Of a DNA stretch of 64,000 bases, positions 55,949 through 64,000 are shown piece after piece; the first letter of the stretch is position 1, and every line of letters starts with the position of its first letter. The notes below the pieces were generated by a model that saw nothing but the letters and a program-made list of their open reading frames with translations, searched no databases and was not told the DNA's origin. The DNA is from Bdellovibrionota bacterium (lineage in GTDB: Bacteria > Bdellovibrionota > UBA1018 > CAIPTA01 > JAALKR01): NCBI GenBank assembly GCA_965207455.1, contig CBDBMJ010000001.1, forward strand, positions 576,001-640,000, written 5' to 3'. The position numbers were made by a program, and so were the translations under genes.

Positions 55949-57298
55949 ATGGAAGCATTTGACAATATATTAGGAGTACTTTTAGGCTATGTTTGGGGAT
56001 TGCCCACAGTGCTATTGCTCTGTGGAGCCGGTTTATTTTTTACCATAGGGCTTGGTCTCCCGCAGTTTCGCGGTTTTTTCCATGGCATACGCGTAGTAAG
56101 GGGAAAGTTCGACAACCCCGATGATCCCGGGCAAATTACCCACTTTCAGGCATTATGTACTGCTCTTTCAGCCACAGTGGGATTAGGAAATATTTCTGGT
56201 GTGGCAGTGGCCATTCATTTGGGTGGACCTGGAGCTATTTTTTGGATGGTTGTGGTTGGCTTGCTGGGTATGGCAACAAAATATTCAGAGTGTACGTTAG
56301 CGATTCTCCATAGGCGTATTGATGAAAATGGTGTGGTTCGTGGAGGACCCATGTACTATATTGAAAAAGCTTTGGGTCCCGTAGGGAAGCCTGCAGCCGC
56401 ATTTTTTGCTGTGGCTTGTATTTTTGCCAGCTTTGGAGCAGCCAATATGTTTCAAGTAAGGGAAGTGGCTAATATTTTAGACCGAAGTTTTTCTATTCCT
56501 GCTTGGATTACAGCGATTACACTGGCCACAATCACCGGGCTTGTTATTATTGGTGGGATACGAAGAATTGCTAAAGTGGCTTCTATTTTATTGCCTGTGA
56601 TGGCAGTAATTTATGTTGGTGGTGCTCTGGTTGTTATTCTGTCCAATATTTCTCTTGTTCCGGGTGTATTTGCTCAAATTCTACAGGACGCTTTTACGGG
56701 CACAGCCGCTGTGGGTGGTTTTACGGGAATTGTTCTCCGACAAGTGATTGTTCAAGGGGTACGTAGAGCCTGTTTCTCCAATGAGGCGGGTATAGGTACA
56801 GCACCGTTTGCCCACGCTGCTGCTGCCACAAAGGAGCCCGTGCGAGAGGGTATGGTCGCTATGCTTGGTCCTTTTATTGATACGGTTGTTATTTGTACCA
56901 TGACGGCTTTTGTGATTTTAATTTCTGGTGCATGGACAAATCCAGAACTAAACGGGGTGGCACTAACGGCAGCAGCATTTGATATAGGCTTGCCCGGTTT
57001 TGGTCAATGGTTCTTACCCATAGGGGTTACTTTGTTTGCTACTTCCACTATTTTGAGTTGGTCCTATTATGGAGAGCGTGCCTCGGATTATCTTTTCGGG
57101 AAAAAGGGTTCCATTCCCTATAAGGTTTTTTATTGTATATTTGCTTTTATGGGTGGTCTATGGCCTCTAGCTACTATTATTAATTTTTCCGACCTCATGC
57201 TTGGATGCATGATTGTTCCCAACATAATAGCAGTAATTATTCTTTTCCCCAAGATACGGGAAGAGACCAAGAAATATTTTGCTCGTTATGTAAACTAA
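55949..57298 (+). CDS. Alanine/glycine:cation symporter (AGCS family)
   Basis: TVGLGNISGVA, GGPGAIFWM, GGPMYYI, FSNEAG and FIDTVVICT motifs. Confidence 0.95.
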   Translation: MEAFDNILGVLLGYVWGLPTVLLLCGAGLFFTIGLGLPQFRGFFHGIRVVRGKFDNPDDPGQITHFQALCTALSATVGLGNISGVAVAIHLGGPGAIFWMVVVGLLGMATKYSECTLAILHRRIDENGVVRGGPMYYIEKALGPVGKPAAAFFAVACIFASFGAANMFQVREVANILDRSFSIPAWITAITLATITGLVIIGGIRRIAKVASILLPVMAVIYVGGALVVILSNISLVPGVFAQILQDAFTGTAAVGGFTGIVLRQVIVQGVRRACFSNEAGIGTAPFAHAAAATKEPVREGMVAMLGPFIDTVVICTMTAFVILISGAWTNPELNGVALTAAAFDIGLPGFGQWFLPIGVTLFATSTILSWSYYGERASDYLFGKKGSIPYKVFYCIFAFMGGLWPLATIINFSDLMLGCMIVPNIIAVIILFPKIREETKKYFARYVN

Positions 57299-57340
57299 GT
57301 TAATTGTAATAAATCCTAATGGTTATGTTATTATTGCGTA

Positions 57341-58312
57341 ATGGAAGATTCCTCAAATACCACTATTGTACTTGATAAGGCACTTGAGGAAAAATTAATC
57401 GATAAGAATTCCTTTGAAAAGGCATTAGTCGATTTAGATATCTACCCAAGCAGTGAAAACTGGCAAAAGTTTGTGAAATATATGCTTGCCGCTTGTGGCA
57501 CAGCTTTTTTAATGTCAGGAATAATATTTTTCTTCGCTTATAACTGGGATGAACTGACCAAGTTTGTGAAGTTAGGGCTAATCGTTGCGGGATTTTTGCT
57601 TTCATTGTCGTTTTTTTTCTTAAAAAAAATAGACTCATTCTCCTCAAATCTTTCAGTATTAGTAGGATCAATATTTGTGGGTGCATTTTTTGCGGTTTTT
57701 GGGCAAATTTATCAAACAGGAGCTGATGCCTACGATCTATTTCTTATCTGGACATTGTGTATTCTTTTATGGACGTTGATCAGTCGTTTTGAGTGCCAAT
57801 GGGTTCTAGTATTCTTACTTTTAGATATCACTATTATTTCTTATCATCAGCAAGTGGTTGAAAAATATAATAACGATCACATTTTTCTATATATGGCCCT
57901 AACAAATATGCTAATAGTTGGGTTTGGCGAATACGCAGGTCGCTTCTTATTTATTTCCAAGGAAAGATGGATACCTAGAATCTTTATGCTTGTGGGAATT
58001 TCATATACATGCTTAGGTGCTATTTTGAGCCTCAGTCACAAGAACTTCGAGAAGGTATTCTTCGCTTATCTTATCCTAACTTCAGGAGTGATTTGGGTAT
58101 ATATGAAATTCATAAAAGATTTATACATGCTTGCCATTGCTTTCATGAACTTCATGTTATTTGTTACATTCTTTTTAATAAAAGATGCATCAATCCTCAG
58201 TAAAGGATTTGGCTCACTTCTTCCTATAGGTATTTTTGTGATTGGCATGGGTGTTTCGGCAGCTTATATACTCCAATCCATATCTAGGAAATGGAAGGAA
58301 GAATCAGAATGA
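57341..58312 (+). CDS. DUF2157 membrane protein
   Basis: GIIFFFAYNW and FGQIYQTGADAY motifs. Confidence 0.85.
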   Translation: MEDSSNTTIVLDKALEEKLIDKNSFEKALVDLDIYPSSENWQKFVKYMLAACGTAFLMSGIIFFFAYNWDELTKFVKLGLIVAGFLLSLSFFFLKKIDSFSSNLSVLVGSIFVGAFFAVFGQIYQTGADAYDLFLIWTLCILLWTLISRFECQWVLVFLLLDITIISYHQQVVEKYNNDHIFLYMALTNMLIVGFGEYAGRFLFISKERWIPRIFMLVGISYTCLGAILSLSHKNFEKVFFAYLILTSGVIWVYMKFIKDLYMLAIAFMNFMLFVTFFLIKDASILSKGFGSLLPIGIFVIGMGVSAAYILQSISRKWKEESE

Positions 58313-59355
58313 CTTCAGATAAACAACTACGGAATTATCTTGCTGGAAACTGTAACGTGGATTCATCAGCGATTGATTCCCTCATTTCGCAAACCACTAA
58401 CACCAGTCCATGGTATACTAACTTGCTAATTATTTCTTCCGCATGGTTGGGATCAATTTTAATTGTTGGAGGTCTTCTTTTTTCCTTGATGAACGTCCTA
58501 CTAGAAGATAAGGTTGGAATGTCTATTGGTTTGTTTATCGTTGTAGCTACAGTCATACTATCCAGAAATAAGGAATTTGATAGAGAGAACATTTTTCTTG
58601 AGCAAATGCTCGCAGCATGTAATTTAATCGGATTAGGGATTTTCCTTGGAAGCGCAATACCTGCATTTAAAGGCAATTTTCCCGAGATAATATTAATAAT
58701 AGGGATTATTCAGGCTCTTATCGTTCCTGTATTTCCCATCAAAACAGCACAGTTTCTAGGCACCCTAATTTCTATTGCAGCGTTTGATATATTCGTTACT
58801 GCGCGCCATAGCTTTTTTGTTTTTGAAATTATGACAACTTTAGTGTGTTTCTCTTCTTTTTTATTCCTTCTTAAAAAATCTGAACTAGTTGGGAGGTTAG
58901 GTGCAGATGCATACTATGCTATAAATTCTGCCTTGCTTTTAGCATCACTATATTTACTGCATATAAACTCTATAATGGGTGTTAAAGAAATGAGGTTCCC
59001 TTTTATTTTGCTGTTATTTGGGGGATGCATAAACTGGTATTTGATAAAGACGTATATTAAACAAATTAATATTAGCTATTATGTAGCTCTTGGCTTTATT
59101 GTTGTGGTGGGACTTATTACCTATCGGTATCCAGGAATTCTAGCGACAATTGGGTTTGTTATACTTTGTTTTTCAAAGGGGCAAACAACAAATTTAAAAC
59201 TTTCGATTATTTCGTTAGCAGCATTAATTTTTTATTTATATTATTCTTTGCAATATACTCTTCTTCAAAAATCTATCTCTCTAATGATTTTGGGAGGATT
59301 TCTTTTGATCGCTGCTGCCATATATTCGAAAAGAGGTGTGTTATCCGCAAACTAA
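58309..59355 (+). CDS. DUF4401-like membrane protein
   Basis: ATGA overlap with the upstream gene. SPWY...AWLG and YYSLQYTLLQKS motifs. Canonical position in the DUF2157-DUF4401-GDYXXLXY triad. Confidence 0.8.
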   Translation: MTSDKQLRNYLAGNCNVDSSAIDSLISQTTNTSPWYTNLLIISSAWLGSILIVGGLLFSLMNVLLEDKVGMSIGLFIVVATVILSRNKEFDRENIFLEQMLAACNLIGLGIFLGSAIPAFKGNFPEIILIIGIIQALIVPVFPIKTAQFLGTLISIAAFDIFVTARHSFFVFEIMTTLVCFSSFLFLLKKSELVGRLGADAYYAINSALLLASLYLLHINSIMGVKEMRFPFILLLFGGCINWYLIKTYIKQINISYYVALGFIVVVGLITYRYPGILATIGFVILCFSKGQTTNLKLSIISLAALIFYLYYSLQYTLLQKSISLMILGGFLLIAAAIYSKRGVLSAN

Positions 59356-59807
59356 TCTTTCTTTTAAATACACTCGTAATTCTTTGCGTTTTTTTCTATT
59401 CTACGTATAAACAGGAGCGTATTCTTAAAGCTGGAACTTCCATTTTTATTCCGCTTGCTCCACTTGATCTACGCTCTTTGATCCAAGGCGACTACATGAT
59501 TCTCAACTATGATTTCCGAGAGATTGAGGAAAAGGCCAAAAATTTAAATCAAGGATATATTAGTTATACGACCGATCAAAATAACGTTATTATCTTTAAA
59601 GATGTTTTATCTGACTTTAATGATTCAGATAAATTGCTTTTATTTAAAAAAAGAAATAGACAAATTTACATTGGAGCAGAATCATTTCTCTTTCAAGAAG
59701 GCAAGGCTGAGCACTTTGGAAAAGCCAAATATGCAGAATTAAAAATAACGCAAGAGGGAAAAGTACTTTTAGTTGGTCTTAGGGATGAGCAGTTCAATAA
59801 TCTTTGA
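59343..59807 (+). CDS. GDYXXLXY domain protein (start uncertain)
   Basis: LAPLDLRSLIQGDYMILNY...ESFLFQEG. The expected start codon reads ATC. Confidence 0.85.
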   Translation: MRKLIFLLNTLVILCVFFYSTYKQERILKAGTSIFIPLAPLDLRSLIQGDYMILNYDFREIEEKAKNLNQGYISYTTDQNNVIIFKDVLSDFNDSDKLLLFKKRNRQIYIGAESFLFQEGKAEHFGKAKYAELKITQEGKVLLVGLRDEQFNNL

Positions 59808-59839
59808 GAAACAAATTATTTACTAGAAAGCCAATAGGA

Positions 59840-61318
59840 TTATATTTTCCCCGCTTTTTCTATTAGGGATTGATTGATGCTTACGGAGAAATTCTCCCGC
59901 AGTTCCTTCATCCAGGCGTCAAGAAAGGTGCGGTACTTGCGTTCAATAAGTGTTTTGCTTTGTTTTTCCTTGTCCCTTTTCATCTTTGCAAAATCAGGGA
60001 GCATTTTCTTTTTCACTTGAGCCACGATGATGCCACCAGCGGCTTCAAATAGTTGGGGTCCTTTTTGAATGGGAGCTTTGTTGTTGAATGCAGCGGTCAT
60101 GATTTCAGAAGCGTTTCCAATATTAGGTATGGTTGGCTGCATTTTTGTAAAGAGTCCCGTTGTTTTGAGTTTTAGTGATTTCTTCTGTCCTTTTTTCCAT
60201 TTACTCATTATACCTTGAGCTGTTTTTCTATTAATTTTTCGTACTTCTGCAAAGCGACTCTTTTTAATGAGTTGCTTTGCAATTTCCTTTTCTACTTTTT
60301 CAAACTTTTTTTCAAAGCCTTTAATTTTTTTATAGGTATAAATATAGTGCCAACCGAAACTACTTTTCACGGGCTTAGAAATTCCTCCAGTTTTGAGCGC
60401 AAAGGCACTGGCTTCAAAGTTTTTATCCATTACTCCAGTACCAAAGCAGCCCAGGTCTCCTCCTTTGGATTTTGTGGGTCCTTCAGAGTGTTTTCTTGCT
60501 AATTTGGCAAAGTTCTTAGCATTTAGGGGTTGGATTCCTAGGAATTTCTTGGTTGGTTTTTTTCCTTTGGATTTGGATAAAATATGGCGAGCGCAGACTT
60601 CAGGGGATTTTTTATATTTATGTATGTTCGTTTTATAGTTTTCTTTGGCTAGATTCAGTTTCGTCTCTATTTTCAGGAAATCCTTTATTTCCTTTGTGCT
60701 TATTTTCATTTTTTTATAGGCATCTTCGTTGCGGATATGTACATATTCCAGGTCTCGTTTGCTATTTTTTAGCTGGTAGTCTTGGCGGAGTTCTTGGTCG
60801 GTTACTCGAATGCGTTGTCGTAGAAAGTCTAGTAGTTGGGATTGTACAAGGCTTTCGTTAATGAGTTTTTCGTATGAGCCTGGGGTGAAGCGATTGGCTG
60901 CCAGCAGGTTTTTGTACTTGTCTACGTCAAACCGTTTCTCTTTATTGTGAAAAACAGCTTGTTTTTCAATTGTTTTCCGGACCTCCTCACTGCTTACAGA
61001 AAAGCCCATACGGCGCGCTTCTAGGAGTATGAGGCGGTTCTGGATTAAATTGTTTACAATTTGGTCTCTGAGCTGCTTCATAAAAAGGGGGGGCATTTTA
61101 TCGGCAAACTGTTTGTATACTTTCATTTGCTGGTCATAGGCTTTTTGGAACTCTGCTAAGGAGATAGATTCACCTGCCACGGTGGCAATATCTTGATCAT
61201 TGATAAAGCTCGTTGCTGCGGGAAAAACCCCCACAAAAACAAAAACTAGGCTAATGAGTCCAATAATGGCAATGACAAACCATTTATTCAGTCGTTTCTT
61301 CAGATCTTCTACAATCAT
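59840..61318 (-). CDS. ppiD: PpiD/SurA-like periplasmic chaperone with a parvulin domain
   Basis: N-terminal TM, SurA-N-like region, ARHIL...GGDLG...SSFGWH. Confidence 0.8.
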   Translation of the reverse strand: MIVEDLKKRLNKWFVIAIIGLISLVFVFVGVFPAATSFINDQDIATVAGESISLAEFQKAYDQQMKVYKQFADKMPPLFMKQLRDQIVNNLIQNRLILLEARRMGFSVSSEEVRKTIEKQAVFHNKEKRFDVDKYKNLLAANRFTPGSYEKLINESLVQSQLLDFLRQRIRVTDQELRQDYQLKNSKRDLEYVHIRNEDAYKKMKISTKEIKDFLKIETKLNLAKENYKTNIHKYKKSPEVCARHILSKSKGKKPTKKFLGIQPLNAKNFAKLARKHSEGPTKSKGGDLGCFGTGVMDKNFEASAFALKTGGISKPVKSSFGWHYIYTYKKIKGFEKKFEKVEKEIAKQLIKKSRFAEVRKINRKTAQGIMSKWKKGQKKSLKLKTTGLFTKMQPTIPNIGNASEIMTAAFNNKAPIQKGPQLFEAAGGIIVAQVKKKMLPDFAKMKRDKEKQSKTLIERKYRTFLDAWMKELRENFSVSINQSLIEKAGKI

Positions 61319-61405
61319 TTTTTCCTCCTATTTATCTATAATTTTCCATATCCTTATATATTGCTTGATTTTTATGCATTTTACGAACTAAAATTCATAA
61401 ATGAA

Positions 61406-62245
61406 ATGTGGACTGCAATCAAAGAATATCGTCACTATATCCTTGCGGTTCTTCTTGTTATTTTGCCCCTCATTGCGCTGAATACTAGCAATAGGGAGCC
61501 AGCTAAGCTGTATTGGTGGGATAAAGGGATTTTGCGACTAGTTGCGCCAGTCCAAGGTGCGTTGAGTTGGGTTATTGGTTTTGTGGGAACGGGTGTGGGC
61601 GATTATTTTCTGCTGCTGGATGTCAAGCAGAATAGCAAGAAAGTAACTTTGGAGAATCGAAGACTGCTCCATGAGTTAGACGCTTTTGAGGAATTGGCTT
61701 TGGAGAATGAGCGTCTTCGGAAGTTAATGAAATTTTCCAGATCCACTCAGGGAAATAAAATTATGGCTCAAGTGATTGCTCAGGACATTTTATCTGCATT
61801 TCGAACGGTGCGACTGAATAAGGGAAGTGCAGACGGTGTGACAAAGGGGATGGCCGCTGTGACCTATGAGGGGATTGTGGGTCGAGTTTTGCGTGTGGAT
61901 TCCCATTATTCGGACGTGCTTACACTAGTGGACAGTTCCAGCAACGTGGCTTCTCTTATTCAAAGGAATCGTACCCGTGGTTTAGTGGAGGGTTATGAGG
62001 GAAATGTACTGCGCATGAAGTATGTGCGTAGGACAGACGACATACAGGTGGGAGATAATGTGATGAGTTCTGGAATTGGAGGTTTGTTTCCCAAGGGAGT
62101 GATGATTGGAAAAGTAGTTAAGGTTACGAAGAAGAGTTACGGTCTTACCCAGAACATTGAGGTGCATCCCAGTGTGGATTTTTCCACTCTAGAGGAGGTA
62201 ATGATTATTAAGCCTCAGAGTCGGGTGGAAAGTAAAAAGGAGTAG
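61406..62245 (+). CDS. mreC: Rod shape-determining protein MreC (ORF open from 61361)
   Basis: ENERLRKL coiled coil, LNKGSADGV, GIVGRV and SSGIGGLFPKG motifs. Confidence 0.95.
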   Translation: MWTAIKEYRHYILAVLLVILPLIALNTSNREPAKLYWWDKGILRLVAPVQGALSWVIGFVGTGVGDYFLLLDVKQNSKKVTLENRRLLHELDAFEELALENERLRKLMKFSRSTQGNKIMAQVIAQDILSAFRTVRLNKGSADGVTKGMAAVTYEGIVGRVLRVDSHYSDVLTLVDSSSNVASLIQRNRTRGLVEGYEGNVLRMKYVRRTDDIQVGDNVMSSGIGGLFPKGVMIGKVVKVTKKSYGLTQNIEVHPSVDFSTLEEVMIIKPQSRVESKKE

Positions 62246-62249
62246 GGGA

Positions 62250-62786
62250 ATGGTAAAAGAAGTCTACCAGATTTTAAATGTACTTTGTTATCTTGTGTTG
62301 GCTATCATCTTTTGTGCCATTCAAACCGTGCTTTTGAAATTGCCATTTTTTAGTTGGATGCAGGTGGATTTAATTTTATTATTGGTTACCTATTTAGGGT
62401 TATTTAAAAGTATTACACAAGGAGCGATTCTTTCCTTGCTGATAGTGCATATAGTGGAGATCCACTCTGGAGCACCGGTGGGTTTGGTCCTAAGTTGTTA
62501 TAGCATTAGTTTTATTGTTACGTTGCTCACCAAGGATTTTTTTCTATTACAGGGGGCTTTTTCCAACATATTAGCTGGTGTGATGTCTGGCTTGGTTTGG
62601 AAGCTTGCATTTCTTGGTCTGGCCATATATTTAGGCATTTTTCCTAATGTATGGAGGCCCACATTGCAGTTTCTTATTCCCTTTCTTGTTGTGGAAGCCC
62701 TTTTAGCAAAATCAGTATTTTCTATTGGTCACAGTATTGAGCGATTGACGGATTTTGAAAGTCACACGAAATTAAGATTCCATTAA
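62250..62786 (+). CDS. mreD: Probable MreD
   Basis: Hydrophobic 178-aa protein between mreC and mrdA. Confidence 0.75.
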   Translation: MVKEVYQILNVLCYLVLAIIFCAIQTVLLKLPFFSWMQVDLILLLVTYLGLFKSITQGAILSLLIVHIVEIHSGAPVGLVLSCYSISFIVTLLTKDFFLLQGAFSNILAGVMSGLVWKLAFLGLAIYLGIFPNVWRPTLQFLIPFLVVEALLAKSVFSIGHSIERLTDFESHTKLRFH

Positions 62787-62804
62787 GTAAAGAATAAATA
62801 CACT

Positions 62805-64000
62805 ATGCTTGGACAAGACGAACAATTACAAAACTATCAAGACCGATTCCAATATTTTTATATTATTCTCGTAATAGCAGGTTTAATTCTTGGTTCTCGT
62901 CTCTGGTATTTACAAATTCTTCAAGGGGATAATTTTCAGCGTATTTCGGAAGAAAATCGTTTAAAGACCGTTAAATTAACAGCTCCCCGTGGAATGATTT
63001 TTGATCGGAATCGGACTTTGATTTTAGATAATCAACCCAACTTTAATCTTTTTATTATACCACAGTATTTTCGGAAGGAATCAAAAAAAGAACAGGAAGA
63101 AATTTTAAATAAAGTTAGTGGCATTGTGAAAGTACCTAAAGAAAGAATAAAGAAAATTTTAAAGCGTGCTAAAAACCAACCAAGATTTCAACCAGTAATG
63201 ATTAAAAAAAATCTTACTCAGGATGAAGTAGCTCTTATTGAGATGGAGAAAATTGATTTAGTGGGCACTGAGGTGCATGTTGGGATTCAGCGGACCAGTA
63301 TATTTAATACTATCGGTGCCCATTTATTGGGTTATATTTCCCGAATTTCTCCATCGGAAATTCCCAAGCTTTGGAATTCTGGCAAAAAATATAACAAAAG
63401 TGATTATATTGGAAAATCTGGTTTGGAACAACAATGGGAGTCTACTTTGCGAGGGCAGGACGGTGTGGAGTACTTAGAGGTGGATGCTTTTGGGAGAAAG
63501 CAATCAACATCTGTGGGTGATTCCGTTTTAAGTAGTTTGAAGTCTCAGAAAGCAAAGCCGGGGAAAAATATTGTGCTTACCATAGATATGGACTTACAGT
63601 TAGAGGCTGCAAAAGCATTTGGAGAGGAAAAAACGGGAGCATTAGTGGCCATGGATCCCAATACAGGAGAAATACTGAGTATGTTGAGTTGGCCCAGTTT
63701 CGACAGTACTAAATTCTCCATAGGTATAAATTCCAAAGACTGGCAAAAGCTAATTAGAAACGAAGACAAACCCCTAAGAGACAAAACCATTCAAGATCAT
63801 TACAGTCCCGGCTCTGTTTTTAAAATTGTTTCTGCCATTGCTGGGCTAGAGGAAGGGATTATTACTCCATCCACCGTAGTTAATGGGGGTGGAAGTTTCC
63901 GTTTTGGTGGACGAAAATACCATGAATGGAAACGTTCCGGTTTTGGAAAAACAAGTATTATAAAAGCGCTATATCAAAGTGTGGATGTTTTTTTCTATAA
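62805..64000 (+). CDS. mrdA: Penicillin-binding protein 2, 5' part (runs off the window end)
   Basis: Not in the ORF track. MLGQDEQ...RLWYLQI...APRGMIFDRN...GKSGLE...YSPGSVFK (SxxK)...SVD. Confidence 0.95.
   Translation, partial: MLGQDEQLQNYQDRFQYFYIILVIAGLILGSRLWYLQILQGDNFQRISEENRLKTVKLTAPRGMIFDRNRTLILDNQPNFNLFIIPQYFRKESKKEQEEILNKVSGIVKVPKERIKKILKRAKNQPRFQPVMIKKNLTQDEVALIEMEKIDLVGTEVHVGIQRTSIFNTIGAHLLGYISRISPSEIPKLWNSGKKYNKSDYIGKSGLEQQWESTLRGQDGVEYLEVDAFGRKQSTSVGDSVLSSLKSQKAKPGKNIVLTIDMDLQLEAAKAFGEEKTGALVAMDPNTGEILSMLSWPSFDSTKFSIGINSKDWQKLIRNEDKPLRDKTIQDHYSPGSVFKIVSAIAGLEEGIITPSTVVNGGGSFRFGGRKYHEWKRSGFGKTSIIKALYQSVDVFFY

Noticed and set aside
947..63790. Numerous 60-140-aa ORFs overlapping larger genes in the ORF track
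   Set aside because: Antisense or alternate-frame shadows with no recognisable motifs.

Overview
Bacterial chromosomal window, most consistent with a Bdellovibrionota-like organism (inferred from the pilin/fibre/RCC1 proteins and the ppiD<->mreC-mreD-mrdA layout). The housekeeping backbone is mltA (partial), folE, pyrC, acyl-CoA dehydrogenase, uppP, mutY-kbl-tdh, a DEAD-box helicase, a Kef antiporter, queF, an Ala/Gly symporter, ppiD, mreCD and mrdA (partial). Two large accessory blocks interrupt it. (1) 7.2-16.7 kb: an AT-rich defence island. It holds an MqsR-like toxin with an MqsA-Panacea antitoxin, and a C5 methyltransferase plus frameshifted restriction enzyme bracketed by ~125-bp direct repeats that each carry a sigma54 -24/-12 motif. 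It also holds a duplicated unannotated Lys-rich peptide paired with an unknown 339-aa gene, and an IetAS AAA-ATPase/S8-protease pair whose protease is internally deleted. (2) 20.4-45.6 kb, the most striking feature: a duplicated A-B-C triplet of large proteins. Each combines a type IV prepilin-like N-terminus lacking Glu5, a collinear tail-fibre-like stalk and RCC1/BLIP-II beta-propellers. Two further propeller proteins lie nearby, and the DNA shows direct evidence of blade-level shuffling within and between genes. I propose this is a heterotrimeric pilus-tip adhesin with a diversifying binding scaffold (inference). Several accessory genes are broken by internal deletions. No tRNA, rRNA, CRISPR array, integrase, transposase or reverse transcriptase was recognised. 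All family assignments come from motifs read by eye, not from database searches.
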